DNA of 64,000 bases from Candidatus Latescibacterota bacterium (lineage in GTDB: Bacteria; Latescibacterota; UBA2968; SICM01), in NCBI GenBank assembly GCA_965217865.1, contig CBDCJO010000002.1, positions 4,544,001 to 4,608,000 on the forward strand. Direction: 5' to 3'. The translations under genes and the position numbers were made by a program. Below, piece after piece: positions 21,081 to 31,001 of this stretch. Below the pieces are notes generated by a model. It saw nothing but the letters and a program-made list of their open reading frames with translations. It was not told the origin of the DNA and did not search any database. Position 1 is the first letter of the stretch, and each line of letters starts with the position of its first letter.

Positions 21081-21890
21081 ATGGAAAATCAGTGTCTCGC
21101 AGATGAAGAAGTCAGCTCTTTCGAAGAATTAGGCTATGTCCATCTTTCACAGGCTTTTCCTCCTGAGTCCGCGCTGACAATGCAGGAATTCATGTGGACC
21201 CAGCTTAAGCAGTTAAGCGGTATCGACCGAACCGATAGCGCCACCTGGAAGAAACCGTGGCGGGGACTCAACAAGACCGGACGCCACGGAATCTACAAGG
21301 ACGTCAACAGTCCTCGTATGCTCGGGGCTGTTGACCAACTTCTGGGGCCGAGAACTTGGACCAAGCCCGCGGGTTGGGGTGGTTTTCTAGTCTCTTTTCC
21401 ACAGGACACGGACGAACCGTGGGATGTGACCACCAAGCAATGGCATTGGGACGGCGATCCGGGAAGTCAGGTCGATGGTCTATCGGGTTTGTTCATCTTT
21501 ACTTTTTATTCTCACGTTCTTCCAGGAGGCGGCGGCACGTTGATTGTTGAGGGATCTCACAGGCTCGTCACGGCCTATTTTCGCAATCTGGCACATTATC
21601 ATATTGACCAAAAACAGAAAAAAATAAGGCTCCGCTTCTGTAAATCGCATCCCTGGCTTGCGGAGTTGACGGGCGGAGTGCCGGATTCGAAGGACAGGAT
21701 TCGGAGATTCATGGAAGAGAGGACAATCATCGATGACGTTCCCGTACGAGTCGTCGAACTCACAGGGGAACCTGGCGACGCGGTATTGTGTCACCCTTCG
21801 ATTTTCCACGCCCGGTCCTTCAATCGGGCAGATGTACCGAGGTTCATGCGCGCTGGCGGGGTCGCCAAGAGTAATAGAAAACTTTCTTAG
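21081..21890 (+). CDS. Phytanoyl-CoA dioxygenase (PhyH) family protein
   Basis: F.ELGYV, WHWDG (HxD), GGTLIVEGSH, GEPGDAVLCHPSIFH. Confidence 0.85.
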   Translation: MENQCLADEEVSSFEELGYVHLSQAFPPESALTMQEFMWTQLKQLSGIDRTDSATWKKPWRGLNKTGRHGIYKDVNSPRMLGAVDQLLGPRTWTKPAGWGGFLVSFPQDTDEPWDVTTKQWHWDGDPGSQVDGLSGLFIFTFYSHVLPGGGGTLIVEGSHRLVTAYFRNLAHYHIDQKQKKIRLRFCKSHPWLAELTGGVPDSKDRIRRFMEERTIIDDVPVRVVELTGEPGDAVLCHPSIFHARSFNRADVPRFMRAGGVAKSNRKLS

Positions 21891-21905
21891 CTTTTCAATA
21901 AAGCT

Positions 21906-23207
21906 GTGTCGAACAGCCTCTACTGCACCTACACCAACTACAATGACTACTTCGACCCGGAGTGCGACCTGTCGGAGGGTCAGATCCCTTCCCCTGACTG
22001 GGCGGCGGAGAACTGTATGTACGACGAGAAGGGGGAACTGATCCGGGGTTATCACGAGGCCACCCGGCTACTGCCCAATCTTTACGTAAAATGGGCGAAC
22101 CAGGGAAAGCTGCAAAAGCGATTCTACAACCTTAAAGATTACCGGGAAATTATGCGCGTGAATTCCTTCTTCTTCGATGTGCACGCTAGACTCCCACCCG
22201 TCCACTACTTCGACCAAAAGGGAACCCATTACAGCCCGAGGGATTTTCTAAGACACACCTCAGATCTGTTCGCTCTGGCTCGAGAATACGGGGAAGACGC
22301 CCCGATTTTTTCAAATTGCGGATACGGAGGCGAATGGCACGCAGGTGCGATGGAAGGGGGGTGGGCAAACAACCTGTTCCAGCCGAAGTTTTGGGGGATA
22401 GAGGGGGAGGACTGGGAATATTATCCCAACGTGGATCAGGTGCACAGACCTCATTATATGTCCGTGGGGGCGACAAGGGATAATGGCGAGAAGGAATGGG
22501 ACAACCGGAAAGCCCGGTTCCAACGGCAGGTTGCCCGCAACGTGTTGTTCGGTCGTACGGAGACGATCTATTGCTACTGGCCTACGGACATTAGCAGGTT
22601 CGACACCCGCTTGATGGGCTACTACCTGCATAGTGCTTTTCACCGGATGCTCGGGATGAATGGCATGCGTGAGATCGAGTTCGACGACGGGGATCTCCAT
22701 CGTCAGGTCGTTCATTATGACAACGGCGCTGCGATCTGGGTCAATCAGGGGGATGACGATTGGGTTGTCGACGGACGCAGGCTCAAGGAGGCCTGTTACC
22801 TCATCAAAGGACCGGATTTTCTACAGTATTCCGAAGTTCCAGCAGAAAAAGACTTCATCGTGGAGTTCGTGAAGAGTCCTGATTACTGGCTTTTCGCCTC
22901 TCCGGAAATGCACGACTTTGGTTCCGCTAAGGTGGACGGAGCGTACGCCGTACAGGTGCCCGAACCCGACCGGATCGTGGTCTACCAGATCCGCAAGACC
23001 CACGCCATGATCACCCTGTACCTGCCTGACTTCCTCGGGAGACCCGGGCCATACAGGTTGATGGGGATCCATACGGTTTTCGACGGCAAATCCGTCAGGC
23101 GTAACCCGGATTACGAGATCAGGAAATCTACGGTGGAGGGGGACTACCTCAATTTCGAGCCGTCTCAGGACCCCCACGCATGGCGCTACGAAATCGAGAT
23201 TGAATAG
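21906..23207 (+). CDS. Hypothetical protein, probably the C-terminal part of a larger glycoside-hydrolase-like protein
   Basis: 433-aa ORF without convincing RBS or start; YTNYNDY, FFDVH motifs; beta-rich C-terminus. Confidence 0.5.
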   Translation: MSNSLYCTYTNYNDYFDPECDLSEGQIPSPDWAAENCMYDEKGELIRGYHEATRLLPNLYVKWANQGKLQKRFYNLKDYREIMRVNSFFFDVHARLPPVHYFDQKGTHYSPRDFLRHTSDLFALAREYGEDAPIFSNCGYGGEWHAGAMEGGWANNLFQPKFWGIEGEDWEYYPNVDQVHRPHYMSVGATRDNGEKEWDNRKARFQRQVARNVLFGRTETIYCYWPTDISRFDTRLMGYYLHSAFHRMLGMNGMREIEFDDGDLHRQVVHYDNGAAIWVNQGDDDWVVDGRRLKEACYLIKGPDFLQYSEVPAEKDFIVEFVKSPDYWLFASPEMHDFGSAKVDGAYAVQVPEPDRIVVYQIRKTHAMITLYLPDFLGRPGPYRLMGIHTVFDGKSVRRNPDYEIRKSTVEGDYLNFEPSQDPHAWRYEIEIE

Positions 23208-23530
23208 TGTCTGGGCGGTGGGGCTTATTGGCGTTTTTGATCCCGGAAATGGTTCCCATAGGGATCAAAAATGAAGCCTTCAGGCCTCAATCGGGATCCT
23301 CAAGATCATACAAAAATAGCCCCGCTGGGAATTGACTCCGTCGGGGCTTGATTTTTTGTGCTTTAAATATCCAAACGTTATTTCATCACAGTATATAATA
23401 TACAAAATCCGGCTTTAAAAGTCAAGTATATAATATTATAAGTTCATAATTAATATTTAGTTACAGTTGACTTTGGCGATCCTCCTACTTATCTTTAGTC
23501 GAAGACGTTCAACCCCCAAAGGAGGATCGG

Positions 23531-24460
23531 ATGGTAAAGGAATTTCATCCCGACACACAAAAGAAATGTGAGTTTTGTGGTGAGGTTATTCCAAAGGTAC
23601 GTTCGATGTCCGTCCGGGACGTGCGCACCTGTGTAAAATGCCAGAAAAAGCTGGAGAAAAACCCATGGGAACTGAAGGATCCGAATCATAGGGAGGTTCA
23701 AAAGCAACAAGATGACGCGGACTTACCCAATTCCTTAGAGCTGCAAGACGATCATGTGAAGGTGGGGGGGTGGTCAAACAGCCTCCTGGAAATGACCTCA
23801 AGGGGGGTCGAACTCAGAACACTTATGGATTCAGGTAAAGTGCGGGACGCGCGCACTTTCGTTCAGCACTTAACTGTTCCGGCGCAAGCTGCACTGGTTT
23901 CTCTGGATCAAAATCCCGAGGAGGTCCTTTCTGTCACCGGAATGACAGATTCAGAACTACCGGCCTACTGTCCGCAGGTTGTGGATTTACTCCCGACGGA
24001 GCTTTTGGCGGACCTGGTTGCCCCCCACACAGAGTACCTGAGGTTCAACATAGAAGTCCTAAAGGCGATGTCACCCAAAACTTTTCGGCGGGTAATGCTG
24101 GAGACCCTGGATCCAATCGATAACCTGGAATATCGCGCCCAAGTGTCCTGGGAGTGGTTAGAGGCATTGGTGGCGATCGATGATCCTAATAAGATCGCAG
24201 AGCTTGTGGGGGACGTCGAAGTGGAGTTGCTTGAAGATGCCATCATTACTCGTTTTGAATATCTTGATATGCACCAAATCGTTGGGGGGGATGTCCCGCT
24301 TTTCCGTATCTTTTCGGAATCCGGAAATTTATCTGTCGATCCAGGGGACTTTTTTAAAGAGCCAAAAACAGCTAAAGTGATCAAAGCCCTTCACGAAGCG
24401 GTACCGGATCTTTTGAACGAAGTCGTACGAGGGGCTTGGGAACGTGCAGGAGAGGTTTAG
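23531..24460 (+). CDS. Protein with N-terminal DksA/TraR C4 zinc finger fused to an acidic helical domain
   Basis: CEFCGEVIPKVR...RTCVKCQ; AGGAGG RBS. Confidence 0.75.
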   Translation: MVKEFHPDTQKKCEFCGEVIPKVRSMSVRDVRTCVKCQKKLEKNPWELKDPNHREVQKQQDDADLPNSLELQDDHVKVGGWSNSLLEMTSRGVELRTLMDSGKVRDARTFVQHLTVPAQAALVSLDQNPEEVLSVTGMTDSELPAYCPQVVDLLPTELLADLVAPHTEYLRFNIEVLKAMSPKTFRRVMLETLDPIDNLEYRAQVSWEWLEALVAIDDPNKIAELVGDVEVELLEDAIITRFEYLDMHQIVGGDVPLFRIFSESGNLSVDPGDFFKEPKTAKVIKALHEAVPDLLNEVVRGAWERAGEV

Positions 24461-26487
24461 GATGGTATGCCGTTAATCGGCACCTGGCTGGGGTGTTTTT
24501 TGAAGAAGTCCTTTCGAGGCTCAAGGACTTTAAGACGATGCTCTGCGGGGTTCTCCATAAAAGCATATATGGGTTCAAAAATGCGATCCCAACTCCAGAA
24601 CTCCTCTCCGAGCCTCATATACTCACGAACCATTTCAGTCCCTTCGGGGACGACCGGATGCATAAGAACCGTAGCCACCCGGACCATATGGAAAGCGTCG
24701 ATCAAGGATCGTCTCCGTAAGGCGGAGTCACAATCGTCATTATATGGCTTTCGTGCGCTCCACCGATGATTGATTTCTCTTATATATGCGCCAGCTATGG
24801 TTATAGCCTGGTGAAACTCATGTTTATACATGGCTTCTTCAAATTCCAGAATCGTTGTTTTCGCTTGCGATAAGATTTCATCACTAATTTCGCCTACCGG
24901 CACTTTTCCATCAAAGAATTTCTGAGCCGTGTAAAAGCAGGATCGAACAGCACGATTGAAAGCGTTGCTTAAAAGATTCCCTTCTTTTAAGACAGGGTCG
25001 CTCTCCTTTTCCCCCGCGTTCGGGTTCAATGGTCTTGGACGAAAACTCATGCTTCGCATTCCGAGTCCCAGACTCAGGAAATGAGCCCTCAGTTGATCCA
25101 CTGTATAGAAGTTGAGGAGGTCTCTTGCCATAGGCGGTTTTAATGCACCGCTGCTGCTGGCTTTTTTGTCGAGGAAAAGAAGGTGTCGATTGGCGACGAG
25201 GTGCGGGATTTGAATTTGGCCCTCGGGAGGGTCTATGGCCGGATGTTTCCCCTGCATTCCTATGAACATTGCAGCCTCGGGGAGGCTATAAAAAAAGACA
25301 TTGTCTTCTCCGATAAACTGGTAAACCTTTGAGTTTTTTGAGCACCACCAATCCCTCCAGTCTTTCTTATTCCCCCCTTGATGTTCTAAATATGCCGCGG
25401 TAAATGGTATTGGCGCCCAGAGCGATTCCGGCCATACCCAGAAAGTCAATCCGGCAAGTCCTTCCAATTCCGGAGCTGGTAAACCCCATTCCAGATTCCC
25501 GGTGAGCCGAAAGGGCACGAGTGTTTTGCCTGTTCGGTACATCACGGAATGCTCGCTTAAAATCGATCTCGCTTTTTCCTTATCTTCGAGGCGGTTAAAA
25601 ACCAATCGAACCGACCTGGCTCTTCCTTCCACCCGGTTGTGGGTGGGGAGTTGATGAACGACCGAGTTCAATGTCTCCACTTGATCTCGTGTCACGTGGA
25701 TAATGGGCGGCTCAAAGTGTTCCTGTATATTTCTGATGATGAAATCCCGCCATTCTCCGAATTCTCTCAAACTATTCAACCATGATTCCAATAGGGTCCG
25801 AAACTCCGGAAGTCTCAGATACCAGTTCGTAACTCCTCGCGTGTGCGGTCTGTCCCCCGTAAGGGTGCTTTTGGGGTCGATAAGGTCTTCCGGTTCGAAT
25901 TGGTGGCCCAGAGAACATTCATCGGCATAAGCCTTTTCAGATCGACATCCTTCTATCGGACAGAGGCCTTGCACTTGACGACCGGTCAAAAACGTTTTCG
26001 CTTTAATATCATAGAACTGAGGCGTGGTTCGCTTTTCCAAATGCCCATTGGCGTGGAGGGTTTCAATCAATAAGGCCCCGAACTCTCGATGAATATCCGC
26101 GAAACGATCGAAACCGGAGGCCGCAAAAAGATTTAAACTGACGTTGTACGCTTCCAGTGTTTCGGTTTGACGCTTGTGGTTGGATCGAACAAAGTCTTCG
26201 AGGCTCCCTTCAAATTCGCCCTGAGCGGTCAACTCCCGGTGTTCTTCGACGATGGGGGAACCGTAACAATCAGTGCCCGAAATAAAAATGACGTTCTCCC
26301 CCCCGATGCGATCACGGAGAAATCTGGCAAATGCGTCGGCGTGCACAAACAGGCCGCCGATGTGTCCAAAATGAAGGTCCTTGTTCCCATAAGGCATCCC
26401 GCAGGTGACAATTGCCCGCTCTGGAAAATTTGGCCTCCCCCGATCTCGAATATCTGACCTTTCTTTTTTTTCCTTCATAAATATCAC
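24457..26487 (-). CDS. metG: Methionine--tRNA ligase (divergent form)
   Basis: TCGMPYGN..LHFGHIGG, SGTDCYG, Zn knuckle, FIGEDN, KASSS in place of KMSKS, anticodon-binding helical domain. Confidence 0.85.
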   Translation of the reverse strand: MIFMKEKKERSDIRDRGRPNFPERAIVTCGMPYGNKDLHFGHIGGLFVHADAFARFLRDRIGGENVIFISGTDCYGSPIVEEHRELTAQGEFEGSLEDFVRSNHKRQTETLEAYNVSLNLFAASGFDRFADIHREFGALLIETLHANGHLEKRTTPQFYDIKAKTFLTGRQVQGLCPIEGCRSEKAYADECSLGHQFEPEDLIDPKSTLTGDRPHTRGVTNWYLRLPEFRTLLESWLNSLREFGEWRDFIIRNIQEHFEPPIIHVTRDQVETLNSVVHQLPTHNRVEGRARSVRLVFNRLEDKEKARSILSEHSVMYRTGKTLVPFRLTGNLEWGLPAPELEGLAGLTFWVWPESLWAPIPFTAAYLEHQGGNKKDWRDWWCSKNSKVYQFIGEDNVFFYSLPEAAMFIGMQGKHPAIDPPEGQIQIPHLVANRHLLFLDKKASSSGALKPPMARDLLNFYTVDQLRAHFLSLGLGMRSMSFRPRPLNPNAGEKESDPVLKEGNLLSNAFNRAVRSCFYTAQKFFDGKVPVGEISDEILSQAKTTILEFEEAMYKHEFHQAITIAGAYIREINHRWSARKPYNDDCDSALRRRSLIDAFHMVRVATVLMHPVVPEGTEMVREYMRLGEEFWSWDRIFEPIYAFMENPAEHRLKVLEPRKDFFKKHPSQVPINGIPS

Positions 26488-26519
26488 TCTCCTTAAATCA
26501 AGCTCTCTTCCACTGTGTT

Positions 26520-26815
26520 TAGAAAAACAAAAAACCCGCTGCAGAGTGGAAGTCCACAGCGGGTCGATGTTCGAATTGTTGATTAAATTATATCAAATTA
26601 TCATAAAATCTCCCGCCACGGAATCCCTTTTTGGACCTGTTGCTGCTGGAACTGGATACCTTCAAAGAACACCCCAGGTATCCATTTGGTTAACATTGCG
26701 CTTTCAGGAATCGATGATCCGTAGCGGTGAACCGACATTTGGTCTATCTCGTCATCTGATTTAAATGGTTTTTCTACTCTGATCCTACTTTAGGCGTTTT
26801 TAACTGTTATGTCAA
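26520..26815 (-). promoter_or_regulatory. metG promoter and about 290-nt leader with attenuator-like terminator
   Basis: TTGACA(26815-26810)-17-TAAAGT; hairpin TGGATACCT/AGGTATCCA; terminator ACCCGCTG/CAGCGGGT (26534-26564) plus U tract upstream of the RBS. Confidence 0.6.
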
Positions 26816-27155
26816 GGGATTTTACAAGGTAGAGTATAAAAAAGGGGCACCGTCGCTCACACAACGGCAATGATTATCTGACGTCATATCTCAGTCTTGG
26901 CGGGAATACGTTGAGAGAGGAATAAGAAGGTAACCCGGAGGAGCGTCCCAAGGAGACTTCCGAAGGAAGCGAAGCGACTGAAGGGCAGACACGGTGTGAA
27001 GATTCGGGGTATCATCATTGATGACGCAAAATTCGGTATGTTTCAGTCGTGACCGGAAAGCTGATGTAAGCCCATTTGCAGTGCAAGAACCCAAAGGGGT
27101 GAATGTGGTGATCAAAGCTTTGTTGTTACACGCAGTTTTGGGGTTGTCGCCTCTC

Positions 27156-27942
27156 TCAGATTTCCACGCGTTTCTCAAACAGCCAGAGCCCGGCAAAGAG
27201 AAGAACCGTAGACGCCAGGAACGGGTAAGCCAGATGAGACAGCTGCATCACACCTTTCATGGACCCTTCTGCCCAAAAACCCACCGTGTTGTATCTGCCC
27301 AGGAAGCTCAGGGAATCGACAGCGGTTGTGTAAGATCGGGCATAAAGGTAAATCATACCGCCAAAGAATGTAAGCGCCGCCAATCCCTGAAACCGACGCA
27401 CAGAAAATTTGAGCCCCTCCATCGCCGTAACCAGGGCCAGCAGAAGCATCATATACAACAGAAACGGCACAACGAAAACAACGCATAGATCGATCAGAAA
27501 GCCAGAGATCTGGCCAAAGGAAGCCGTGGACAACTCGGGGTTTAGTTTCGTCAATTTGCCTTCTTTCATCAAGAGCAGCACCATACTCCCGGCAGCAATC
27601 ATCCACAGAATGAATCCATTGATCAGTGCTACGGCGTATTTGCAAATCACGGTCACCCAGCGGTTAACGGGTAGCGAAAACCAGAGATAGTGTGTTTCTG
27701 ACTTGAACTCCGAAGAAAATGACCGTGCCAGCAGAAACGGTGGAACGATAACGCAGGCTACAAAACCCAATACAAAAGGCAGGACAACCCATCCTCCACC
27801 ACTTGCCCCGGCCAATTCGGGATCAAAAAGATACCACCCTATAGATCTGGAGCGCCACGAGCGCGATCACCAGAAAGGCCAGCAGGTAGGCGCTGTCCTT
27901 CCACTCCTTAACATAAAGTGCGACCCAGGTTTTCATATCCAT
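27156..27942 (-). CDS. ABC transporter permease (YtrC-like); frameshift near 27840
   Basis: MDMKTWVALYVKEWK start with GGAGGG RBS continues in another frame as ORF 27156-27815 (LWFSLPVNRW..ICKY). Confidence 0.65.
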
Positions 27943-27961
27943 ACCCTCCGCCTACGGCCCA

Positions 27962-28654
27962 TCAATAAGCAACGGTTTCAAAAATCTCTTCCAGTGACTT
28001 ACCCTGTTCCTCGCGCACCTGATCCATATTTCCCGAAAGCGCGATCTCTCCGGCCTTCATAAACACCAAATCTTCGATAAACGCTTCGATTTCGGTTACC
28101 AGATGCGACGTCAGAAACATCGTCTGAGCGTCAAACCGAAACTCATTAAACAGCCCCTGGAGTATTCTTCGCCGTGACGGCGGATCGATTCCGGCAAACG
28201 GCTCGTCCATCAGCACCAGATCGCTCGACCAGGAGAAGGCAGCAACCACTTTCAGCCGCCCTTGTTGCCCGCGTGAAAGCGTGCCGATTTTCTGATCTTC
28301 GGGCAAATTCATGAACTTCAGCAATTCACGAGACTTATCCATATCCCATCCTGGATAGAACGCCGACAGAAACTCGAGCTGTTCCACCCCCCCCATCCAC
28401 TTGTAAAACGGATCTACCTCAGGCAAAAAAGCCACACGGCGCCGGGTTTCAACCCCAACGGGCTGCCCGTCCAGCAAAACGGTGCCCTTGCTCGGACGCG
28501 TAACGCCTGCAAGAATGCGAAACAGCGTGCTCTTCCCGCAGCCATTCTCACCCAAAATGCCCAACACGCGCCCCGTTTCCGCCCTCAACGAGATATCGCG
28601 CAATGCCCAGGTTCCGGGATATCGCTTCCACAGATCGCGAATTTCGACTTTCAT
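27962..28654 (-). CDS. ABC transporter ATP-binding protein (YtrB-like)
   Basis: GENGCGKST, LSRGQ, LMDEP. Confidence 0.93.
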   Translation of the reverse strand: MKVEIRDLWKRYPGTWALRDISLRAETGRVLGILGENGCGKSTLFRILAGVTRPSKGTVLLDGQPVGVETRRRVAFLPEVDPFYKWMGGVEQLEFLSAFYPGWDMDKSRELLKFMNLPEDQKIGTLSRGQQGRLKVVAAFSWSSDLVLMDEPFAGIDPPSRRRILQGLFNEFRFDAQTMFLTSHLVTEIEAFIEDLVFMKAGEIALSGNMDQVREEQGKSLEEIFETVAY

Positions 28655-29028
28655 GACAGCACCCCCTTGATCTCGTCGAGTATGCGCGCTACCTGATGCG
28701 CGTTCAACCCCAATTCCTGGATCTCGGTCACAAAACTTTCCACCGCAGCCTCTGCCAACCCCTCCCGCTCGGTTTCGACGCGCTCAGGCGTTTCGGTCAC
28801 AAACGAACCCTGCCCGCGTCGGGTAAACACAAACCCCTCGCGCTCCAGTTCCGAGTAAGCCCGTGCAATCGTGTTGGGATTGACCCCCATCTGCAAGGCC
28901 ATCTCCCGAACCGAGGGCAATTTCTCCCCTGGCGGATACCTCCCACGCACGGTGCGCTTCTTGATCTCCGCGATGATTTGAAGGTAAATCGGCCGATTTG
29001 GATCAAATTCAAAAGTCTGCACGGCCAT
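28651..29028 (-). CDS. GntR family regulator, YtrA subfamily
   Basis: PIYLQII...KLPSVREMA..GVNPNTIARAYSELEREG; short C-terminus; heads the ABC operon. Confidence 0.92.
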   Translation of the reverse strand: MAVQTFEFDPNRPIYLQIIAEIKKRTVRGRYPPGEKLPSVREMALQMGVNPNTIARAYSELEREGFVFTRRGQGSFVTETPERVETEREGLAEAAVESFVTEIQELGLNAHQVARILDEIKGVLS

Positions 29029-29054
29029 TGGCCTCTTTCAAAAATATAACTGTT

Positions 29055-29099
29055 TTAGTGTCATAATTAAATAATACACTAATACGAAAACAATGTCAA
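29055..29099 (-). promoter_or_regulatory. Promoter TTGACA-17-TATTAT overlapped by YtrA-type operator inverted repeat TTAGTGT-N14-ACACTAA
   Basis: Inverted repeat 29055-29082 directly upstream of the GntR gene. Confidence 0.65.
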
Positions 29100-29454
29100 C
29101 AATTTTTCTTAAAAAATCCCTCCAGCATAACCGCGGAATGGATAAACAACAATTCTACAACATGTTGTAAGAAACACTCAAATATGAACCAGTAATTTCC
29201 GGTTAGGAAATCGCAGACAGTGGGGGCGCAATATTTATGCCACCCAATACCAGACCTATACTATTTGCAATAGGCGGTGAAATTACAACATGTTAAGTTT
29301 TGAAGCATACTGGGGATAAAGAAATGTGAGACATGGATGTTACACCGTCGAGGAATTCACGGCTCAGCCTTGGTGGGAAAATGCTGGGGGCTTTGTATGA
29401 GTAAGCAACAAGCCAAACCATATTTACATCAAATTCCCGTGCTCCTAAACGACA

Positions 29455-29983
29455 TAAGTAATTGCGCATAATGCCAAGATTCGTTATCTTTGTTTTGACG
29501 TGAAAAAGCTCACGATATCTGATACAGAAAGTGTCATCCTCGCGCTACAAGATGAGATCCGAAGGTCTCCGGAGTCTCGCTTTGGCCATCGGCTGCATGG
29601 CATTTTGCTGGTTGCTCAGGGGAACAGCGGTCGGGAGGTAAAACCATTCAGCCCATCCCCACCGGAATACAGAATACAGAAGACAGGAGCCAGAAGAAGA
29701 CCTAAAAAAGAGAGGGACCAGAGGCCAGAGGTCAGAGGCCAGGGAAAAGCAATGGGTCGGAGGTCAGGGGCCATGGAAAAGAACCGTGAGACGGGAGATG
29801 TGAGATGTGAGACGGGAAAGGCAGGGGCCAGAGGAGTAGGACACTTCCCATCCCCACCGAGAATACAGAAAACAGAAGATGACCTAAAAAACCGAGGGGT
29901 CATAGTCAGGGAAAAGGAAAATCATGAACTCAGTCTGTGGGCAGGTTGAACCGAACTGTCCGGAAAATATGCGCAATTACTTA
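29455..29983 (+). mobile_element. Internally deleted IS630-family remnant filled with heptamer repeats
   Basis: Perfect 16-bp inverted repeat TAAGTAATTGCGCATA (29455-29470 / 29968-29983); transposase N-terminus (LQDEIRRSPESRFGHRLHGILLVAQG) and C-terminus (TVRKICAIT*) retained. Confidence 0.7.
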
Positions 29984-30034
29984 AGACGCTATTATAATTG
30001 AAGATTGAATATTCGGCAAACTGAATATTGGAAA

Positions 30035-30830
30035 ACAGCTACAGACGTATTTGCTGAAAGCGCTGACGCCACGAATGCCCTGGCCTCCTGACCCTCCTTG
30101 GTCCGAAGCTCCGGCGTGTCGATCCCTCTGAGCCGTATGTTCTGCCGGGCCCAGACCCGGAATCCGCAGTCCACGTCCAGCCACAGGGTGTCGCCGTCGA
30201 TCACCCGCTCCACGTAAACCAGGTAGGAGTAAGCGGCCCGTGTATCGGGTACCGTCAAAAGCCTGAAAACCGGTTCCACCTCATCCGGACCGCGAACCGC
30301 CTCCACGAATCTTCGGGAGGTTATCAAGCCGATCCAGCGGCCTTTCGAGTAGGATGGCGAACCCCAGATCCAGGCGCAGCCCTTCCCCCCGGAGCTTCTA
30401 TCAGCCGGTAGGTCGAAAGCTGTCCCCGCTTGGCCCGGAGTCGTGCCGCAGGCCTCTTTTGCGGTTGCTTAACGGTCTTCTCAGGGAGAGAACCGGCCTG
30501 GTCTGGACGGCCAGTTCCCGGCTGCTAAAAGCGTGTCTATCTGATTTATAGAAAAAGAGATACTGTTTATCATCCGATGTGAGTTTTATCAGCCTTCGGT
30601 AGTGCATCCAGGTCAATTTTGAACGCGCGCGCAGAATTGGAAAGGACCGGTGGAACCGAAGAGATTCATACTAAATCCTCTCGCTGATTCCTACGGCCTT
30701 CGCCAGCCGGGGAACCAACTGTTTTCCGTATTCCGCCCGGTCCTTATTTGCAAGCAAATGCGCCTGGATCAAGCCCCCAACCTCCCAGTAGGTCCTGGCC
30801 TTTTCCCGCTCCACGGCCTGACGGGCCCTT
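30035..30830 (-). pseudogene. DUF1016(YhcG)-N-terminal plus thermonuclease (SNase) fusion pseudogene
   Basis: TYWEVGGLI...RAEYGKQLVPRLA...*...SKLTWMHYRRL, then VERVIDGDTL...IRLRGIDTPE; in-frame TAG, frameshifts, truncated 3' end. Confidence 0.65.
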
Positions 30831-31001
30831 TCATTGCCCTAAATACGTTTAGAAGAACACATTGAAACCTGTGGCTCGCGTGTTCGTGGAAAGAGCGAGC
30901 ACCTATTTTTCTTAGGGGTTTGGATTACTTATATTTATATATAAGGGCTTCAGGAAATCAGCACTGCAGAATAAAGAATCTTTCCGACTGAGGACGGTTT
31001 T

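Noticed and set aside
26520-26790. T-box riboswitch upstream of metG
   Set aside because: No recognisable T-box antiterminator consensus (GGTGG.ACCGCG) or specifier-stem motifs by eye
26880-27150. Intergenic stretch possibly holding an RNA or gene remnant
   Set aside because: No convincing ORF, structure or motif could be supported
29156-29169. Perfect palindrome TACAACATGTTGTA resembling an NrdR box
   Set aside because: Single site with no ribonucleotide reductase or other intact target gene nearby
29500-29949. 149-aa ORF as a functional protein
   Set aside because: It is an IS630 N-terminal fragment reading into low-complexity repeats
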